In this document: positions 10,415-20,043 of the stretch, piece by piece | How the letters are laid out: every line of letters begins with the position of its first letter | Numbering within the stretch: the stretch's first letter is position 1 | Assembly (NCBI GenBank): GCA_043767805.1 | Contig: JAYUGC010000071.1 | Location: forward strand, 723 to 64,722 | DNA length: 64,000 nt | Direction of reading: 5' to 3' | DNA from: Pseudomonadota bacterium | GTDB taxonomy: Bacteria; Bdellovibrionota; FAC87; UBA2466 | Made by a program: the position numbers and the translations under genes | The notes under the pieces: generated by a model | The model's database searches: none | Seen by the model: the letters and a program-made list of their open reading frames with translations, nothing else | What the model was told of the DNA's origin: nothing

Positions 10415-11414
10415 GATACCTGGACTACCTGAGTGTGTGCGGGGTGTGTACTCCTCTAAGAAACACGCTCCCCTAGGGTGCTTGCAGGGGGAGCGCTCCC
10501 GGCTCTAAGACCGTTTCCGAGTGAGAGGGAGCTGTACAAGGTGTGGTGGCGAGGAAGTGGTTCGCCACGGGTATTTTGTTAACCGTTGGAATCGAAAGCG
10601 AGTGCCGCGCTATTACTGCAAGCTTTGCCGCAAGACGTTTTCTAGTCGTACCGGTCACCCCACCTTTCGCCAGAAAAAGCCCTATCTCAACAAAGTCATC
10701 TTCGAGCTCTACTGCTCGACGCTGACTCAGCGGCGCATGGCTCGAGTCCTAAGAGTGAGTCGCACGACGGTTGTTCGAAAGTTTCTCTTTCTCGCCTTAC
10801 GGGCAAGGAGCGCGCAAGAAGCGTGGCTTCGTACCCAGAGGTTTCTCCATCTCGAGTTCGATGAGATGGAAAGTTTCGAGCACACGAGACTAAAGCCCGT
10901 GAGTGTTGTCCTCGCCGTAGAGACCGGATCTCGTAAAATCGTCGATATCCAGGTGGGAGAGATGCCCTATAAGGGGCAGCTCGCCCGGCTTGCGTTTCGA
11001 AAGTACGGCCCGAGAAAGGATCACCGGCCCCAGATTCGTAGAAGGGTGCTGAAGAGACTAGGTGAGGCAACGACTCTCACCACCGATGAACATCCAGGCT
11101 ACGCTCCTCTGATTAGAAGTCTTTTGCCTGGTGCCACCCACGTCGCCGTTCCGAGCGCGTCCAAAACCTTTCGGCCTCAGGGCTCCAGAAGAAATCCCGA
11201 TGACCCGATGTTTGCTATCAACCACGTGTCCGCTAAACTTCGAGCCGACCTTAGCCGCCTACTGAGAAGAGTCTGGGTCACCACCAAACGCGTCGAACGC
11301 CTTCAAGCCCACCTCGACCTATACCTCGCCTACCACAATGGATTAGCTCTCAACTGACACGGATACCCCCAGCCGAGAAAGACACAAAACCCACACTCAA
11401 GTGAGCCAGGTATC
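10415..11414. mobile_element. Complete ~1.0 kb insertion sequence (IS1/IS1595-like) with imperfect 23-bp TIRs and target-site duplication
   Basis: Left TIR GATACCTGGactaccTGAGTGTG (10415-10437); right TIR reverse complement GATACCTGGctcactTGAGTGTG (11392-11414); flanking direct repeat TTGTCTC (or CTTGTCTCG 10407-10415/11414-11422 if the ends are 1 bp further in). Confidence 0.9.
10521..11357 (+). CDS. DDE transposase with N-terminal zinc ribbon and HTH
   Basis: CxxC...RYYCKLCRKTF zinc ribbon, HTH (RRMARVLRVSRTTV), EFDEM and TTDEHPGY acidic motifs; lies inside the TIRs. Confidence 0.85.
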   Translation: MRGSCTRCGGEEVVRHGYFVNRWNRKRVPRYYCKLCRKTFSSRTGHPTFRQKKPYLNKVIFELYCSTLTQRRMARVLRVSRTTVVRKFLFLALRARSAQEAWLRTQRFLHLEFDEMESFEHTRLKPVSVVLAVETGSRKIVDIQVGEMPYKGQLARLAFRKYGPRKDHRPQIRRRVLKRLGEATTLTTDEHPGYAPLIRSLLPGATHVAVPSASKTFRPQGSRRNPDDPMFAINHVSAKLRADLSRLLRRVWVTTKRVERLQAHLDLYLAYHNGLALN

Positions 11415-11448
11415 TTGTCTCGCCGACAGCCGACCTATATAAAGAGGC

Positions 11449-12546
11449 ATGTCTGCCACTCCTCCCGAAATCAACCAAGTCGAATTGCGTATTCCGTTTC
11501 TCACGCTCGCTAAAGTCGTGGGAGTGGCGGCCCTCACCTTGCTCATTGTCAAAATCGCCCCGATTCTCGAAGTGCTCTTCCTTGCCATGCTGCTCGCGGT
11601 AACCTTGCGGCCGGTCTTTTGCTGGATGCAGCAACGCAAAGTTCCTTTTGCCGGACTCATCCTTACGATTGGAGTTCTCGGTACCTTGGCCGGGACCGTG
11701 GTGCTCATCCTGCCAAGCCTGGTCAATCAGATCTCGGGCCTCGCGACCCGTTTTCCGGAAATGCAGAAGTCCATTCTTGCCCAAGCCCCACCCTCGGGCT
11801 TCATGCACGATATTTTGACTCGAGCGATCACCGCGCCCAACGCCAAAAATTTGGAGGCATGGGGGACGCATCTGCTCACGGCCGGTCAGGTCGCCATGGG
11901 CGGACTCGCGAGCTTCATTCTGCTTCTCATCTTGATGCTCTACTTAACCATCGATGGCCACCGCGCTTATTCCTGGCTGATCGCTTTCGTGCCGGCCCGC
12001 CACCGCACCCAGCTCGGGGAGACGTCCGAGGAAATGTCGAAGGTCATCTTCGCTTACGTGGCGGGACAGCTCATCACGTCCCTACTCTGCTCGATATTCG
12101 CCTTCGGAACGCTGACCCTCTTGAAGGTGCCCGCGGCCCTGACCCTCGCCCTGATGGCGGGCGTCTTCGACGTCTTGCCGGTGCTCGGCTTTTTCATGTC
12201 GACGATTCCGGCGCTACTTCTAGCGCTCACGGTCTCGCCTTCGACGGCGCTCTATGTCCTGCTTTTGTACTTCGGCTACCATCAGCTCGAGAACTATCTC
12301 ATCGTACCGAAGGTGTACGGGACGAGACTCAGGCTTTCCGATCTCGTAGTGCTTCTCTCCGTTTTGATCGGCTGGGTCATCGCGGGGGTACCTGGCGCCA
12401 TCGCCATTCTTCCCATCGTCGCCTCTTACTCGATCATCGAGCGCATCTGGCTCGTCGATTACTTAGGGCCGAGGGTGGTCCAAAAGCACGTCAAACAGGA
12501 TAAAGAGAAATCCGAGAAGAAGCCGGGCACCGCCGACAAAGATTAG
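11449..12546 (+). CDS. AI-2E family transporter
   Basis: Multi-TM; YLTIDG, YVAGQ, LPVLG, QLENYLIVPKVYG motifs. Confidence 0.9.
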   Translation: MSATPPEINQVELRIPFLTLAKVVGVAALTLLIVKIAPILEVLFLAMLLAVTLRPVFCWMQQRKVPFAGLILTIGVLGTLAGTVVLILPSLVNQISGLATRFPEMQKSILAQAPPSGFMHDILTRAITAPNAKNLEAWGTHLLTAGQVAMGGLASFILLLILMLYLTIDGHRAYSWLIAFVPARHRTQLGETSEEMSKVIFAYVAGQLITSLLCSIFAFGTLTLLKVPAALTLALMAGVFDVLPVLGFFMSTIPALLLALTVSPSTALYVLLLYFGYHQLENYLIVPKVYGTRLRLSDLVVLLSVLIGWVIAGVPGAIAILPIVASYSIIERIWLVDYLGPRVVQKHVKQDKEKSEKKPGTADKD

Positions 12547-13727
12547 AGAAAGTGTTTCGGTAAAACGACTTTTTCTGCGCCGCACGCTTTCGCGTGGCGT
12601 GCGAGCAGCTTCGAGAGCGCCTCTTTATCTAACTTTCGTCCCACTTCTTTCCAAAGCCGAGTGATGACTAGTTCCGGGCCGCGCGCCTGTCCCTCCAAGC
12701 GGCCCACGAATCTTCCCCGGTGCAGAAGAGGGCAAACGTACCAACCCCAGCGGCGCTGCTTCTCCGGTTTATAGACTTCCCACACGTACTCGAAACCAAA
12801 AGCGGTTCTCACCAGCTCTCTATCCCAGATGAGGGGATCGAGCGGGCCGAGGAGCCGCATGCGATCGTCGGTCGGCTTATAGGTACGCTCCAAGAAATCA
12901 GGAGACGCGAGATACCGGCGCGGAGAGCCGGCGATCCGAATTTCCTGCAGGAGCCCCTCTTCCACCAGCTCGTTGGGAAGCGGGGACGTGCGGACGGCGG
13001 AAAGCATGGACCAATGCGGGCCCGACTGCCGAGACAAGAGACCGGCCGCCGCCGCGCGCTCTTGAAGCGACCACTTTCCGAAGGTGCCTTTGGGCTTTTG
13101 CGCAAGCGAAGGAAAGGCGCGCTCGGGAAGATCGTAGCGCTTTCCGCCTTTCTCTCTCCCACACACCACGACTTTGCATTGCGTCCACAACACTTCGAGG
13201 GCCATGGAGGTCGCGTTAGAAGTGCCCTTCCAGCCGTTCCAATCGATGGCTTGTACTTTACCGTGGTTGGTCAGCTCTTTTGGCGTAAGCGGCCCGCGAG
13301 CGCGAATCTCGTCGAGCACGCGTTGTAAGATTTCGGGGGAAACGCGCTTAATCCGTTCGGCCCCTCGCCACCACGGGGTTTCCGCGGCTTGGGCCTGATA
13401 CCAGGGAAAATGATGCGCAGGCAGTAAACAGCGCTCCTTCGCGAAATGCTCGAACGCATGCCCCGGATAAAGCGCGCGGAAAAGATCGCCGCGCTTGAGG
13501 CCATCGACGCGCGCGAGCGCGACGAGGTCCGCGTTGGTGCCCAGCATGTCGAGGGGATCGAGCTGAATGCAGCGCAACTGATTGAGCAAGGCGACGGCGC
13601 CCGCGGGCCCTTTGGGATATACGACGCGGTTCAGGCCGTGATGGCCCACGAGCTGACGGCGCGCCTCGACCGCGCTTATTTCCGTAAAGGGAAGCTCACT
13701 TCTCGCCTCAGCTTTAGTTTTGGGCAC
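12543..13727 (-). CDS. YcaQ/AlkZ-like (HTH_42) interstrand-crosslink DNA glycosylase
   Basis: IQLDP (QxD) motif, RYDLPER, LLGPLDPLIWDR, FEYVWEVYKP..RRWGWY; GTG 13727 overlaps the GNAT stop region (ORF extends to 13817). Confidence 0.85.
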   Translation of the reverse strand: MPKTKAEARSELPFTEISAVEARRQLVGHHGLNRVVYPKGPAGAVALLNQLRCIQLDPLDMLGTNADLVALARVDGLKRGDLFRALYPGHAFEHFAKERCLLPAHHFPWYQAQAAETPWWRGAERIKRVSPEILQRVLDEIRARGPLTPKELTNHGKVQAIDWNGWKGTSNATSMALEVLWTQCKVVVCGREKGGKRYDLPERAFPSLAQKPKGTFGKWSLQERAAAAGLLSRQSGPHWSMLSAVRTSPLPNELVEEGLLQEIRIAGSPRRYLASPDFLERTYKPTDDRMRLLGPLDPLIWDRELVRTAFGFEYVWEVYKPEKQRRWGWYVCPLLHRGRFVGRLEGQARGPELVITRLWKEVGRKLDKEALSKLLARHAKACGAEKVVLPKHFL

Positions 13728-14268
13728 GCCCCGCCTCGCGGGGAAGCCGGTAGAGCACGTGACGAACCACGGGGCTCTCCGGCGCGATGAGCGGGTGATC
13801 GAAATCCCCGGCGGCATCGTAGACCATCCCTAACTTTTCCATCACGCCGCGCGAGGGCTCGTTCTTCACGGCGGTGATCGCCACGATCTCGTCGAGCCCA
13901 AGCCAGCGAAAACCCTCTTCCAAAGCGGCGCGCGCGCCTTCGGTCGCGAGCCCCTTACGCCAATGATCGGCGGAAAGCCGCCAGCCGACTTCCACGCAAG
14001 GAGTGAAGTGCGCCGTCCACCGAGGCACGTTGAGTCCGATGAACCCGAGGACCTCACCCGTGGCTTTGAGCTCCGCCGCGTAAAACCCGAAACCGTGCCT
14101 TTCGATGTGTGCGGTAATGCGGTCGATGGCCTGGTCACTTTCCTCGCGAGTCCAAACGTTGGGGAAAAAGCGCATGACTCTCGGATCGGCGTTGATGGCC
14201 GCGAAGGCCGCGCGATCGGAGTCCTGCCAAGGACGAAGTTTGAGGCGCTGCGTTTCCAAACCGTTCAT
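13714..14268 (-). CDS. GNAT N-acetyltransferase, RimJ/RimL family
   Basis: LETQRLKLRPW, VEVGWRL...WRKGLATEGA, NEPSRGVMEKLGM. Confidence 0.9.
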   Translation of the reverse strand: MNGLETQRLKLRPWQDSDRAAFAAINADPRVMRFFPNVWTREESDQAIDRITAHIERHGFGFYAAELKATGEVLGFIGLNVPRWTAHFTPCVEVGWRLSADHWRKGLATEGARAALEEGFRWLGLDEIVAITAVKNEPSRGVMEKLGMVYDAAGDFDHPLIAPESPVVRHVLYRLPREAGRAQN

Positions 14269-14302
14269 AGGATTTCTGATCTACCACCGAAAGGGAGAAA
14301 TG

Positions 14303-14336
14303 AAAAAGGGCGCCCTCCGTTACAGAGGACGCCCTT
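14303..14336 (-). terminator. Rho-independent terminator of the DUF4157 gene
   Basis: AAGGGCGTCCTC-TGTAACG-GAGGGCGCCCTTTTT on the minus strand. Confidence 0.75.
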
Positions 14337-14350
14337 CTAGGAATCAAGGA

Positions 14351-15403
14351 CTAGTAGTTGCGGAACAGATTGATCTTTGCGCGATTGTCCGTGTACTTGA
14401 ACTCTTCGTGCTGGCGCTGACGGTTACAGTCTGAGTCGACGGCGGAGAACTGGGTCAGGTAGTACGACTGGTACTGCGAGCCCGTCTGCTGAAGGTTCTC
14501 GTCGAACCGGACGTAGAACTTCGGCGAGCGGTTCTCGTTCGCGAAGTCGTAATTCCAGGTGTGGCTGCGCCATTGGTTCGGGGTCAGCGTGTAGCTGGTC
14601 CAGGAACCGTCGGACCAGTGCGCCTGGTACTTCACCGTGAAGTCCGTCTTGTTCGAAATGCAGGTGAGCGCCATCTTGGTGTCGGTGGCCTTGATGCCGC
14701 CGGCGGCGAAGAAAGCGACGGTGCTGTTGGAGATATTCTGTTCCATGCCGAACGCCGCCCGCTCCATGGGGATGCCGTTGTAGCTCATGCCCGCGTTGCA
14801 ATAGCCTTCGAAGTAATCACGGCCGAAGCGGTTCAAGCTCTCGCCACGGTTCACGAACTGCTCGACGTGCTTCAGCTCGTGGCCGAGGAGCATCATCCAG
14901 CCGGTATTGCCCACGTTCGCGTCGGCGTTGGCGTGACGCAAATAGATGTTGTAGCCAAACGTCTGCGCTTCCGAACCGGGGCTAATGTTGACCGCGCCGC
15001 CTCCGATGCGATCCAAAGGCGGAACGCCGAAGTGAAGCTCGGCGCGCTTTAAGAGATCCATGTTGTAGGTGCTCTTCAAAATAGTGCGCTCTTCGAGGGT
15101 CAAGTGCCGGCGGCGCTTACCCACCGAGCGGCCGAACATGGTGTTGGAGCCGCCGATGTAGGCGTTGGCGCCGATTTCGCCGCAAGCGGACGCGATCGGG
15201 TTCAGGTTGCCGAGGTCGTGACAGTTCAGGTGCTTCCAGCTCTGGCAGGCTGCTTGGCAGACCGGATTGACGTTCGACACGCCGAAAACGGTTTGCATGC
15301 ATTGGCTGCCGCAGCCGTTCGGGCAGTTATAGGCGAGAGCCGACGTGGCTCCTCCGAAGAAACAGGCGAAGGCGAGCCAAGCGCCGAAAAAACTCTTACT
15401 CAT
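14351..15403 (-). CDS. Secreted DUF4157-like HExxH metallopeptidase-domain protein with Cys-rich N-terminus
   Basis: Signal peptide; AQTFGYNIY...LLGHELKHVEQF...MERAA; N-terminal cysteine cluster; strongly C/G-biased third codon positions. Confidence 0.7.
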   Translation of the reverse strand: MSKSFFGAWLAFACFFGGATSALAYNCPNGCGSQCMQTVFGVSNVNPVCQAACQSWKHLNCHDLGNLNPIASACGEIGANAYIGGSNTMFGRSVGKRRRHLTLEERTILKSTYNMDLLKRAELHFGVPPLDRIGGGAVNISPGSEAQTFGYNIYLRHANADANVGNTGWMMLLGHELKHVEQFVNRGESLNRFGRDYFEGYCNAGMSYNGIPMERAAFGMEQNISNSTVAFFAAGGIKATDTKMALTCISNKTDFTVKYQAHWSDGSWTSYTLTPNQWRSHTWNYDFANENRSPKFYVRFDENLQQTGSQYQSYYLTQFSAVDSDCNRQRQHEEFKYTDNRAKINLFRNY

Positions 15404-15631
15404 GATTTAGACTCCTCTAAAAAAGTTGCAATGAAACGAGCCAGGCACCAAATGCCGTGAGCCCCTTCCCATAGTCAACCCGCAGTTTGGCTCTCTCCCG
15501 CGGGATGATTAAAGGTGAGATACCGAGAGGTTAGCGCCCACACGCCGAGCGCTTGGCGAACTATTTGACGCAGGCAACCTTAACGCTGTGCTCGGCGTGA
15601 CCTAGGATGCAGTTTTCTCACGGGGGTTTTC

Positions 15632-16864
15632 ATGGCAATGCGGCTCATCTCACTTCTCGCGATTTTTCTTTCCCCATTCGCCGAAGCGAGCCCGCCGTAC
15701 CGAAGCCACGTCGTCATCCGGGGCGCATCCCGAAGCGGCACGGCTCAAAAGCTCACCTTCGGGATGACCGACCGGCAACAAACGGCGGTCTATCAATTGA
15801 CCCGCGGGAAAGTGGACTTCCGCGGCCTGCAGCTGGTGACCGTGCCGAACTACCGAGGCGAGCGCTCCGAAGGAGTGCTTTACACGAACGTTCCGCCTCC
15901 CGTCGTTTACGGCGCGGCCGATCCCGAGCTGAACGGACAATGGTGGCACGAAAAGCACGAGCTCGAAAAAGCCTGGCAGATTTCCACGGGAAAAGGCGTG
16001 ATCGTCGCCGACTGCGACGCGGGCTTCTACATCAAAGAGCCCGACCTCTTTCCCAATCTCCTTTTGGATCACCGCTACGATCTTTCCGATACCAGTAACC
16101 CGTTCGTGGTGGATGACGGTGGCTTCATTTCCCACGGCACGGCGGTGACCGCCATTTTGGCGGGAGTCAAAGACGGCAAGGGCACGAATGGCATGGCCTT
16201 CGACGCCAAGATCGTGCCGCTTCAAAATTTCAATTACGCGGCCAACGACAAGCTCAATAAGGAGGAGGCGACCGCTCGCTGCATCTTGAGAGCGATCACC
16301 ATCGCCCAGGTGCGGGTCATCGTGCTCGAAAACCAAACGGGCGAAGGCTCGTCTGAAACTTTCGTCGGCACTCGCAATGCCGTGCGCCTCGCGCTCGCCT
16401 CGGGAGTCACCATCGTTTCGGCAGGCGGCAATTACACGAAGGAATTGAAGCAGGAGCTCGCCGACGACACGGGTTCCATCATCGTCGGCGCGGTGAACTC
16501 AGACGGCGTGAAAGAGAGTTGGAGCAATTACGGCAAGCGCGTTTCCGTCGCGGCTTTCGGAAGCCGATTGCACACGCTCAAAGGGCCGAACGGCGCCATG
16601 GGTAGTTTTGGTGGCACCTCCGGCGCCACGCCTCAGGTCGCCGCGGCCGTCGCCATGATGCTTCAGGTAAACCCGGCGCTGACCCCCATCACGATCCGCG
16701 CGATCTTGGAGCGCACGCGGTTGACCAAACCGGAAAATGAGGCCGTGGGCGGCCAGTTACAACTGGTCCGGGCGCTTGAGGCCGCTAAAACGGTGCGGGA
16801 TCCCGGCCTGGCCCGGGCGCAAATTATCCGGCGGCGGCTCGTTCAGATTTTCGCCAATCCTTAA
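15632..16864 (+). CDS. Secreted S8 (subtilisin-like) serine peptidase
   Basis: Triad motifs VADCDAG, SHGTAV, GTSGATPQVA; signal peptide. Confidence 0.9.
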   Translation: MAMRLISLLAIFLSPFAEASPPYRSHVVIRGASRSGTAQKLTFGMTDRQQTAVYQLTRGKVDFRGLQLVTVPNYRGERSEGVLYTNVPPPVVYGAADPELNGQWWHEKHELEKAWQISTGKGVIVADCDAGFYIKEPDLFPNLLLDHRYDLSDTSNPFVVDDGGFISHGTAVTAILAGVKDGKGTNGMAFDAKIVPLQNFNYAANDKLNKEEATARCILRAITIAQVRVIVLENQTGEGSSETFVGTRNAVRLALASGVTIVSAGGNYTKELKQELADDTGSIIVGAVNSDGVKESWSNYGKRVSVAAFGSRLHTLKGPNGAMGSFGGTSGATPQVAAAVAMMLQVNPALTPITIRAILERTRLTKPENEAVGGQLQLVRALEAAKTVRDPGLARAQIIRRRLVQIFANP

Positions 16865-16977
16865 GCTTCGGGCTATTCTCTAATAGACGATCCCTCCTTC
16901 TATATTTTTCGGCTGATCGCTTTTATTCTCGTGGCCGCGGCCTTTCTGAGAGCGAACCAGACAAAAAAAGCGGGTAA

Positions 16978-18057
16978 TCAGATTTCGAGATTCAACTGAG
17001 CCGAGTCCGTCTCGCCCGGCTCGGTGGAGGGAAGCTTCACGCTGACGCCTAAAAGACGGATGGCGGTTTGTCCCGCTTCCGTCGCCGTCCGAAGGAGATC
17101 TCGCGCGGTGCGGGCTATGACCACCGGGTCTTGCGTGTCCGCGTCGATAGTGCGGCTACGAGTGATGAGGGAAAAATCCGCGTACTTCACTTTCAGCACG
17201 ATGCAGCGGGCTCCGCGCCCGAGACGTCCCAGGGATTTTCCGACATCTTCCGAAAGCTCGTCGAGGGTAGCCTCGAGCACCGCGATATCCAGGGTGTCTT
17301 TGGAAAACGTGGTCTCCGACCCGCGGCTTTTGACCTCCCGATCGGGACAGACCAAACGCGAGTCTTCTCCCTGGCCAAGGCCGTGGAGGAAAAGCCCAAA
17401 CCGCCCGAACCAGCCATGTAAAACCGCGGGCGACAACGCTCCCAAATCGGCGCCCGTCTTGATGCCCCGCTCGTGGAGTTTTTTCGCCGTGGCTGGACCC
17501 ACGCCCCAAAATCTTTCGATGGGAAGTTGGGTAACGAAGGCGGCGACTTGCGACGGGGCAATGACGAAGAGACCGTTCGGCTTTTTGATGTCGCTTGCCA
17601 CTTTTGCGATGAACTTGTTCGGGCCGACGCCAGCCGAAGCGGTGAGCCGTAGATTTTCTTGGATTTGCCGGCGCAAATGCTGTGCGATGCGAGTCGCGGA
17701 AGCTTCCTGGAGCTTATTTACGGTAACGTCGAGATAAGCCTCGTCTAGAGACAGAGGCTCCACCAAATCGGTCACGGCGTGAAAGAGCGCACGCAGCTCC
17801 CGGCTCACTTCCTTGTAGCGCTCCATGCGCGGCCGCACGATCACCGCTCCCGGACAGAGCCCGAGCGCGCGGCGCGAGCTCATGGCCGAGCGGATGCCGA
17901 ACTTTCTCGCTTCGTAAGAACAGGACGCCACCACCCCGCGATCGTCGGGCCTTCCGCCCACGATGAGAGGCTTGCCGCGGAGACCCGGGTTGTCTCTCTG
18001 CTCGACCGACGCGTAGAAGGCGTCCATGTCGATATGAATGATTTTGCGCGGCTCCAC
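16978..18057 (-). CDS. dinB: DNA polymerase IV
   Basis: IIHIDMDAFYASVEQRD, SYEARKFG, SLDEAYLD, AKVASDIKKPNG; likely GTG start at 18057 because the upstream terminator overlaps the longer ORF. Confidence 0.95.
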   Translation of the reverse strand: MEPRKIIHIDMDAFYASVEQRDNPGLRGKPLIVGGRPDDRGVVASCSYEARKFGIRSAMSSRRALGLCPGAVIVRPRMERYKEVSRELRALFHAVTDLVEPLSLDEAYLDVTVNKLQEASATRIAQHLRRQIQENLRLTASAGVGPNKFIAKVASDIKKPNGLFVIAPSQVAAFVTQLPIERFWGVGPATAKKLHERGIKTGADLGALSPAVLHGWFGRFGLFLHGLGQGEDSRLVCPDREVKSRGSETTFSKDTLDIAVLEATLDELSEDVGKSLGRLGRGARCIVLKVKYADFSLITRSRTIDADTQDPVVIARTARDLLRTATEAGQTAIRLLGVSVKLPSTEPGETDSAQLNLEI

Positions 18058-18083
18058 GGATCGGACTGTAGCATCCGCCGGGC

Positions 18084-18122
18084 AAAAAAAAAGGGTGGCG
18101 CTTCCCGCAGGAAGCGCCACCC
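18084..18122 (-). terminator. Rho-independent terminator of the S8 peptidase gene
   Basis: GGGTGGCGCTTCC-TGCG-GGAAGCGCCACCC followed by T9 on the minus strand. Confidence 0.85.
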
Positions 18123-18133
18123 CAAGAGTCAGA

Positions 18134-19537
18134 TTACTTGGCGTTTTTCAGGTCGATGCGGCCATTCGTGGACACTTTGCCCGCGAGCGCCGGTAAAGCG
18201 ACCGTGCTTTGCAAGAGACGGCTCCGCACCATGCGGTAGTTTTCCGTCGGATTGGTGGACCAGAGGACGGCCAAAGCTCCGGCGACGAAGGGACTCGCCA
18301 TGGAGGTGCCGTTCCAGGTCACTTTCTTTCCGAGGAGGTTCATGACCGTGTCCTGGTACTTGCCGCCGGGAACCGTCGAGAGGACGTTCACGCCCGGGGC
18401 GCCGACCTTTACGGTCTTCGCGCCGAAGTTGGAGAAGCTCGCGAGCGCGCCTTTCGAATCGATCGCGGCCACCGCGATCATGTTCGAATAGTCATAGCTC
18501 GCCGGAGACATGGGCTTCGCATCGGTATCGTTGTCGAAGCCCTTGCCGCCGCGGCCGTTACCAGCCGCCGCCACGAAGAGCACGCCTTTGGCTTCGGCGC
18601 GGTGGATCGCGTCTTGAAGCGCGCGCTCGCCTTTGCCGCCGGAGGGTCCGCCCCAGCTCGCGTTGATGATGTTCGCGCCGTTGGCGACCGCGTAGTCGAT
18701 CGCTTTCACCGCGTTTTCCATATTGCCCTGGCCCTTGAGTCCCAAGAACCGGAGCGCCATGATTTTCGCCTGAGGCGCGACGCCCGCGATGCCTTCCGCA
18801 TTGTTCAGCTGAGCCGCGATGACGCCCGACACGTGAGTGCCGTGGCCCGGGTTCCCGCCGAAAAAGTACATGCCCCATTTTCCCATGGAGAGATCGTAGG
18901 GCTTGTTGTCCTTGCCTTCGAAGTCCCAGCCAATGACGTCGTCGATGTAACCGTTGTTGTCATCGTCGATGCCGTTGCCGGCGATTTCTTTTTTATTGGT
19001 CCAGAGGCTCGAAACGAGGTCGGGATGGTTGTAATCGATACCGGTATCGATGACCGCCACCACGATTTCCTTGCCTTGAGGCGACTGCGTCCACGCGGTA
19101 TCCGCGCCGACGGCGAAAATGCCCCAAGACGTGCCGAGCAAGGGATCGACGCCGCCCTTTTGCATGGGCGCGCCGATCATGGCCGGGTTGTCTTGGAACC
19201 ACTTCGCGGAGTTGTCTTTGCTCAAGACGCGCGCGACGTCGTTCGGGTCGAGCTGCGTCTTCGCCTCTTCGAGAGACGGGTTCGGCATCAGGCTGATGAC
19301 CGTGTTGTCCTCGATGTACCCGACTTCGCCACGGGTCCCGTAGCTCGGGGTGGGCTTGTCGGTGGTCCATTTGTAGAGGTTGCCGGGCTCGCTCACCAAG
19401 GAAAGGCGGCCGCCGTTCTCGGAGATGAAGTTATCTCTAGCGATTTGGTCGTTCGTTTTGAAGTTAACGAGGTACTCGTGGGCTTGTCCCACGGAAGCAA
19501 AGAAGAGAATCATCGCCAGCCAAACAGATTGTCGCAT
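18134..19537 (-). CDS. Secreted S8 serine peptidase
   Basis: VAVIDTGIDYNHPDL, NGIDDDNNGYIDDVIGWDF, GHGTHVSG, NGTSMASP. Confidence 0.95.
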   Translation of the reverse strand: MRQSVWLAMILFFASVGQAHEYLVNFKTNDQIARDNFISENGGRLSLVSEPGNLYKWTTDKPTPSYGTRGEVGYIEDNTVISLMPNPSLEEAKTQLDPNDVARVLSKDNSAKWFQDNPAMIGAPMQKGGVDPLLGTSWGIFAVGADTAWTQSPQGKEIVVAVIDTGIDYNHPDLVSSLWTNKKEIAGNGIDDDNNGYIDDVIGWDFEGKDNKPYDLSMGKWGMYFFGGNPGHGTHVSGVIAAQLNNAEGIAGVAPQAKIMALRFLGLKGQGNMENAVKAIDYAVANGANIINASWGGPSGGKGERALQDAIHRAEAKGVLFVAAAGNGRGGKGFDNDTDAKPMSPASYDYSNMIAVAAIDSKGALASFSNFGAKTVKVGAPGVNVLSTVPGGKYQDTVMNLLGKKVTWNGTSMASPFVAGALAVLWSTNPTENYRMVRSRLLQSTVALPALAGKVSTNGRIDLKNAK

Positions 19538-19695
19538 CGTAAAGCCCCCTAAGGTTCAAATTGTGGTGAATCGAGCGAGGAGAAGGAGCGTAAAACCCGT
19601 GTGCGCTTGGTAAGAAAACTCCTAGAGGGTATCGCTCAAAAAGGAAATTTCAAGCGGATTGCGGTGCGGCAAAAACAGATTCTTTGCCTCGGCCC

Positions 19696-19992
19696 CTACC
19701 TTTTTGCTTCGACGGATGCGATCTTGTCCTCGAGGGTCTGATCCCGATCGGTTCGAGTCCCGAGACGCACCGTGGTCGCCACCCGAGGGGCCCCCATGGC
19801 GTGAAGTTTTTCATGGCAGCGCTTCAGCGCCGTGGTCACGGCGTCCCACTCCCCTTCGACGTTCGTTCCGTTGGCGTGCAGCTGCACTTTGAGACCCGCC
19901 GTCTCAAAGATCTTCTCGCACTCGGCGATATACGCCGACAAAGACAGTCCCACCCCGAGAGGAATCACACAAATATCCGCCAAGAGCTTCAT
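19696..19992 (-). CDS. MTH1187/YkoF-family thiamine-binding protein
   Basis: ADICVIPLG..SLSAYIA...LHANGTNVEGEWD...RTDRDQTLEDKIASVE. Confidence 0.85.
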   Translation of the reverse strand: MKLLADICVIPLGVGLSLSAYIAECEKIFETAGLKVQLHANGTNVEGEWDAVTTALKRCHEKLHAMGAPRVATTVRLGTRTDRDQTLEDKIASVEAKR

Positions 19993-20043
19993 CCCCCCGG
20001 TCTACCACGCTTATCTTAAAAGGTAGCCAGGTACCTTTTAAGA

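Noticed and set aside
15541-15599. 10-bp inverted repeat CACGCCGAGC/GCTCGGCGTG between divergent genes
   Set aside because: Long loop, single copy, no match to a riboswitch or REP element that I recognise
18209-19552. 447-aa ORF antisense to the S8 gene, and similar long antisense ORFs (6651-7667, 31146-32549, 36482-37615)
   Set aside because: They fully overlap well-supported genes on the opposite strand; codon-bias artefacts
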